57,727 nt of DNA, taken from NCBI GenBank assembly GCA_964492645.1, contig CAZBMT010000001.1, positions 1 to 57,727 on the forward strand, in the 5' to 3' direction. Shown in pieces: positions 56,095-57,727 of the stretch. A program made the position numbers and the translations under genes. Below the pieces are notes generated by a model. It worked only from the letters and a program-made list of their open reading frames with translations, was not told where the DNA came from and searched no databases. The stretch is from an uncultured Cyanobium sp. (GTDB lineage: Bacteria > Cyanobacteriota > Cyanobacteriia > PCC-6307 > Cyanobiaceae). Positions within the stretch are counted from its first letter, which is position 1, and each line of letters opens with the position of its first letter.

Positions 56095-56400
56095 ATGCCG
56101 TCCAAGACCTTCGCCGGGATCTCCCAGGCTCCCCGCATCATCGACCCTGATCAGCAGCCCGTGGAGCCTGTCGAGGCCCTGCCCCCTGAAGGCGACGGCG
56201 ATGGCGAAGGCGAGGGCGGCGCCAGCGAGGAAGCCCCCCAGGGCGGCCAGCCCCCTGCGGTGGATCAGATTGACCCGCCGGCAGGCGCCGCCACGCCGAA
56301 GGCGACCGGCAAGCGGCAGCAGGCCCGCACCGCCGCCGGCACCTTCCAGGCGGACGACCCCGCGACCCCCGACAAGAACGAAGCATTCGTCGAGGGCTGA
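56095..56400 (+). CDS. Acidic low-complexity protein
   Basis: C-terminal ARTAAGTFQADDPATPDKNEAF. Confidence 0.6.
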   Translation: MPSKTFAGISQAPRIIDPDQQPVEPVEALPPEGDGDGEGEGGASEEAPQGGQPPAVDQIDPPAGAATPKATGKRQQARTAAGTFQADDPATPDKNEAFVEG

Positions 56401-56405
56401 TCTCC

Positions 56406-56735
56406 GTGGCCTCCACCCAGCTGAAGCGCGGTGACACGTTCCTCCGGTGGCTGGTGCTGCCCAGTGCCTACGAGGACGGTTACTTCCTCGACTGGGACGT
56501 GGCTTGCCAGCTGCGCAACAGCAGGGGGAAGCCGATCGCCGATCTGGCGGCCAGCTGGGAAGATCCTGCCGCCACCACACGGGTGCTGCGGCTGTTTGCG
56601 CAGGACACAACCGCCTGGCCGCTGGGTAAGCAAGAGCTTGATGTTCAGTTCACGCGCCAGCTGGATGACTTCATCCTGTCAACCCAAACAGTGATCGTCG
56701 AGATCATCCGTGATGTAACTCAGGTGACGCCATGA
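56406..56735 (+). CDS. BppU-like/fibre-anchoring structural protein
   Basis: LKRGDTF...TTAWP...LDVQF...STQT...DVT. Confidence 0.6.
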   Translation: MASTQLKRGDTFLRWLVLPSAYEDGYFLDWDVACQLRNSRGKPIADLAASWEDPAATTRVLRLFAQDTTAWPLGKQELDVQFTRQLDDFILSTQTVIVEIIRDVTQVTP

Positions 56736-57727
56736 GCCCAATTCCTGTCGAAGCCATTGCGATTGGGCAGGTTCCGATCGGTTTTCTTGACTCGGTGCTG
56801 CGCGGGCCACCGGGGGCGGCGGGTGCTGATTTTCGACCGGATGCCACTGGACTGCTGGCAGATCGTGGCGACTTCGATTCCGAGGAACCGCCATTTGCGT
56901 TCCTGGCAACAGACACCAGGGATCTCTACTTTCGCCAGGGCAACGCGCCTGGGGGTTGGTCAGATCCCGTGCCGTTCGGCGGGACCGGCCAGCCCGGGAC
57001 TGGATCCGGCGATGTCGTCGGCCCCTCCAGCAGCGTCAACGGCCGCGCCGCCATCTTCAGCGGCCCAACCGGCAAGGTGATCGCCCAGGCGGCCGCTGCC
57101 CCGGTCCTGGAGGGCGATTCACGGCTGGAGGACAGCCGCACGCCGACCGACCACGCAGCGAGCCACGGCAGCGGCGGCAGTGATCCAATCACGGTCGCCC
57201 AGTCGCAGGTCACAGGGCTTCCCGCGACGCTTGCCGGGAAGGCTGACCTGATCGGCGGTGTCATCCCCACCAGCCAGTTGCCGTCGCTGGCGATCACCGA
57301 GTTCCTCGGCACGGCCGCCAACCAGGCGGCGATGCTGGCCTTGTCAGGGCAGCGCGGCGATTGGTGCGTCCGCACTGATGCCGGCGTCAGCGGCGGCACC
57401 TGGGTTCTGATCACCGATGGCGGATCGTCACTGGCCCACTGGGTGCGTACCGGGTATCCGATCGCCCCCGTCTCCAGCGTCAACGGGCAGACCGGTGACA
57501 TCGTCCTCGGGTTTGGGGATGTTGGCGCGGCCCCCGCCAGCCAAGGCGTCACAGGCGGCAACGACCACGACCACAACGGCGGGGATGGAGCGCAGATCGC
57601 CTATGGCTCGCTGTCTGGGCGGCCGACAATCCCAGCCCTCAGTGATGCCACGCCGGCTGCGCTTGGGACAGCAGCAGCGGGGACCAGTCCCACCGCAAGC
57701 CGGTCGGATCACGTTCACGCGCTGACG
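56732..57727 (+). CDS. Tail fibre protein, 3'-truncated by the window end
   Basis: Read by hand from ATG 56732: GSGDVVGP, HAASHGSGGSDPI, KADLIGGVIPTSQLPS, VSSVNGQTGDIVL, SRSDHVH; no stop. Confidence 0.8.
   Translation, partial: MSPIPVEAIAIGQVPIGFLDSVLRGPPGAAGADFRPDATGLLADRGDFDSEEPPFAFLATDTRDLYFRQGNAPGGWSDPVPFGGTGQPGTGSGDVVGPSSSVNGRAAIFSGPTGKVIAQAAAAPVLEGDSRLEDSRTPTDHAASHGSGGSDPITVAQSQVTGLPATLAGKADLIGGVIPTSQLPSLAITEFLGTAANQAAMLALSGQRGDWCVRTDAGVSGGTWVLITDGGSSLAHWVRTGYPIAPVSSVNGQTGDIVLGFGDVGAAPASQGVTGGNDHDHNGGDGAQIAYGSLSGRPTIPALSDATPAALGTAAAGTSPTASRSDHVHALT

Noticed and set aside
57722-57727. Terminal repeat CTGACG matching bases 1-6, suggesting exact circularity
   Set aside because: Only 6 bp, and the two frames look like different proteins; cannot be distinguished from chance
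46860-57727. Diversity-generating retroelement or invertible tail-fibre cassette
   Set aside because: No reverse transcriptase, invertase or TR/VR pair seen

Overview
The window is essentially the whole genome of a high-GC temperate siphovirus. It most likely infects a picocyanobacterium (Cyanobium/Synechococcus type), judging by a cyAbrB-like regulator, an NblA-like gene, a VPGP-type PEP-CTERM-like tail and frequent CGATCG/GCGATCGC sites. It appears to be the excised or free form: an intact attP carrying the 3' part of tRNA-Arg(CCT) lies between the lysin and a tyrosine integrase. Layout: lysis (0.2-2.8 kb); attP/int/xis (2.8-4.5 kb); a mostly leftward early region (4.6-30.1 kb) with RecE/RecT, an XRE regulator, AbrB, RusA, a replication initiator with internal iterons, a Rieske-motif protein, an adenine methyltransferase and KilA-N; then a rightward late region (30.2-57.7 kb). 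The late region opens with a ParB-N / SPL-like radical SAM / Gly-Arg micro-protein cassette, followed by terS, terL, a phage sigma factor, portal, neck, frameshifted tail chaperones, tail tube, tape measure, tail tip, then scaffold, capsid and fibre. Main points of interest: (1) the ParB-radical SAM-RGG peptide cassette next to the terminase; (2) a GGAAAACT late-promoter motif (15 exact copies seen), with back-to-back copies preceding three antisense genes, including nblA and an AP2-domain gene; (3) a phage-encoded PEP-CTERM-like surface protein; (4) a dispersed TCTTAGTCCAGA operator family; (5) a non-coding island with DnaA boxes, TGTGCCA repeats and a hairpin-rich leader. All functional calls come from recognising motifs by eye; no database search was run.
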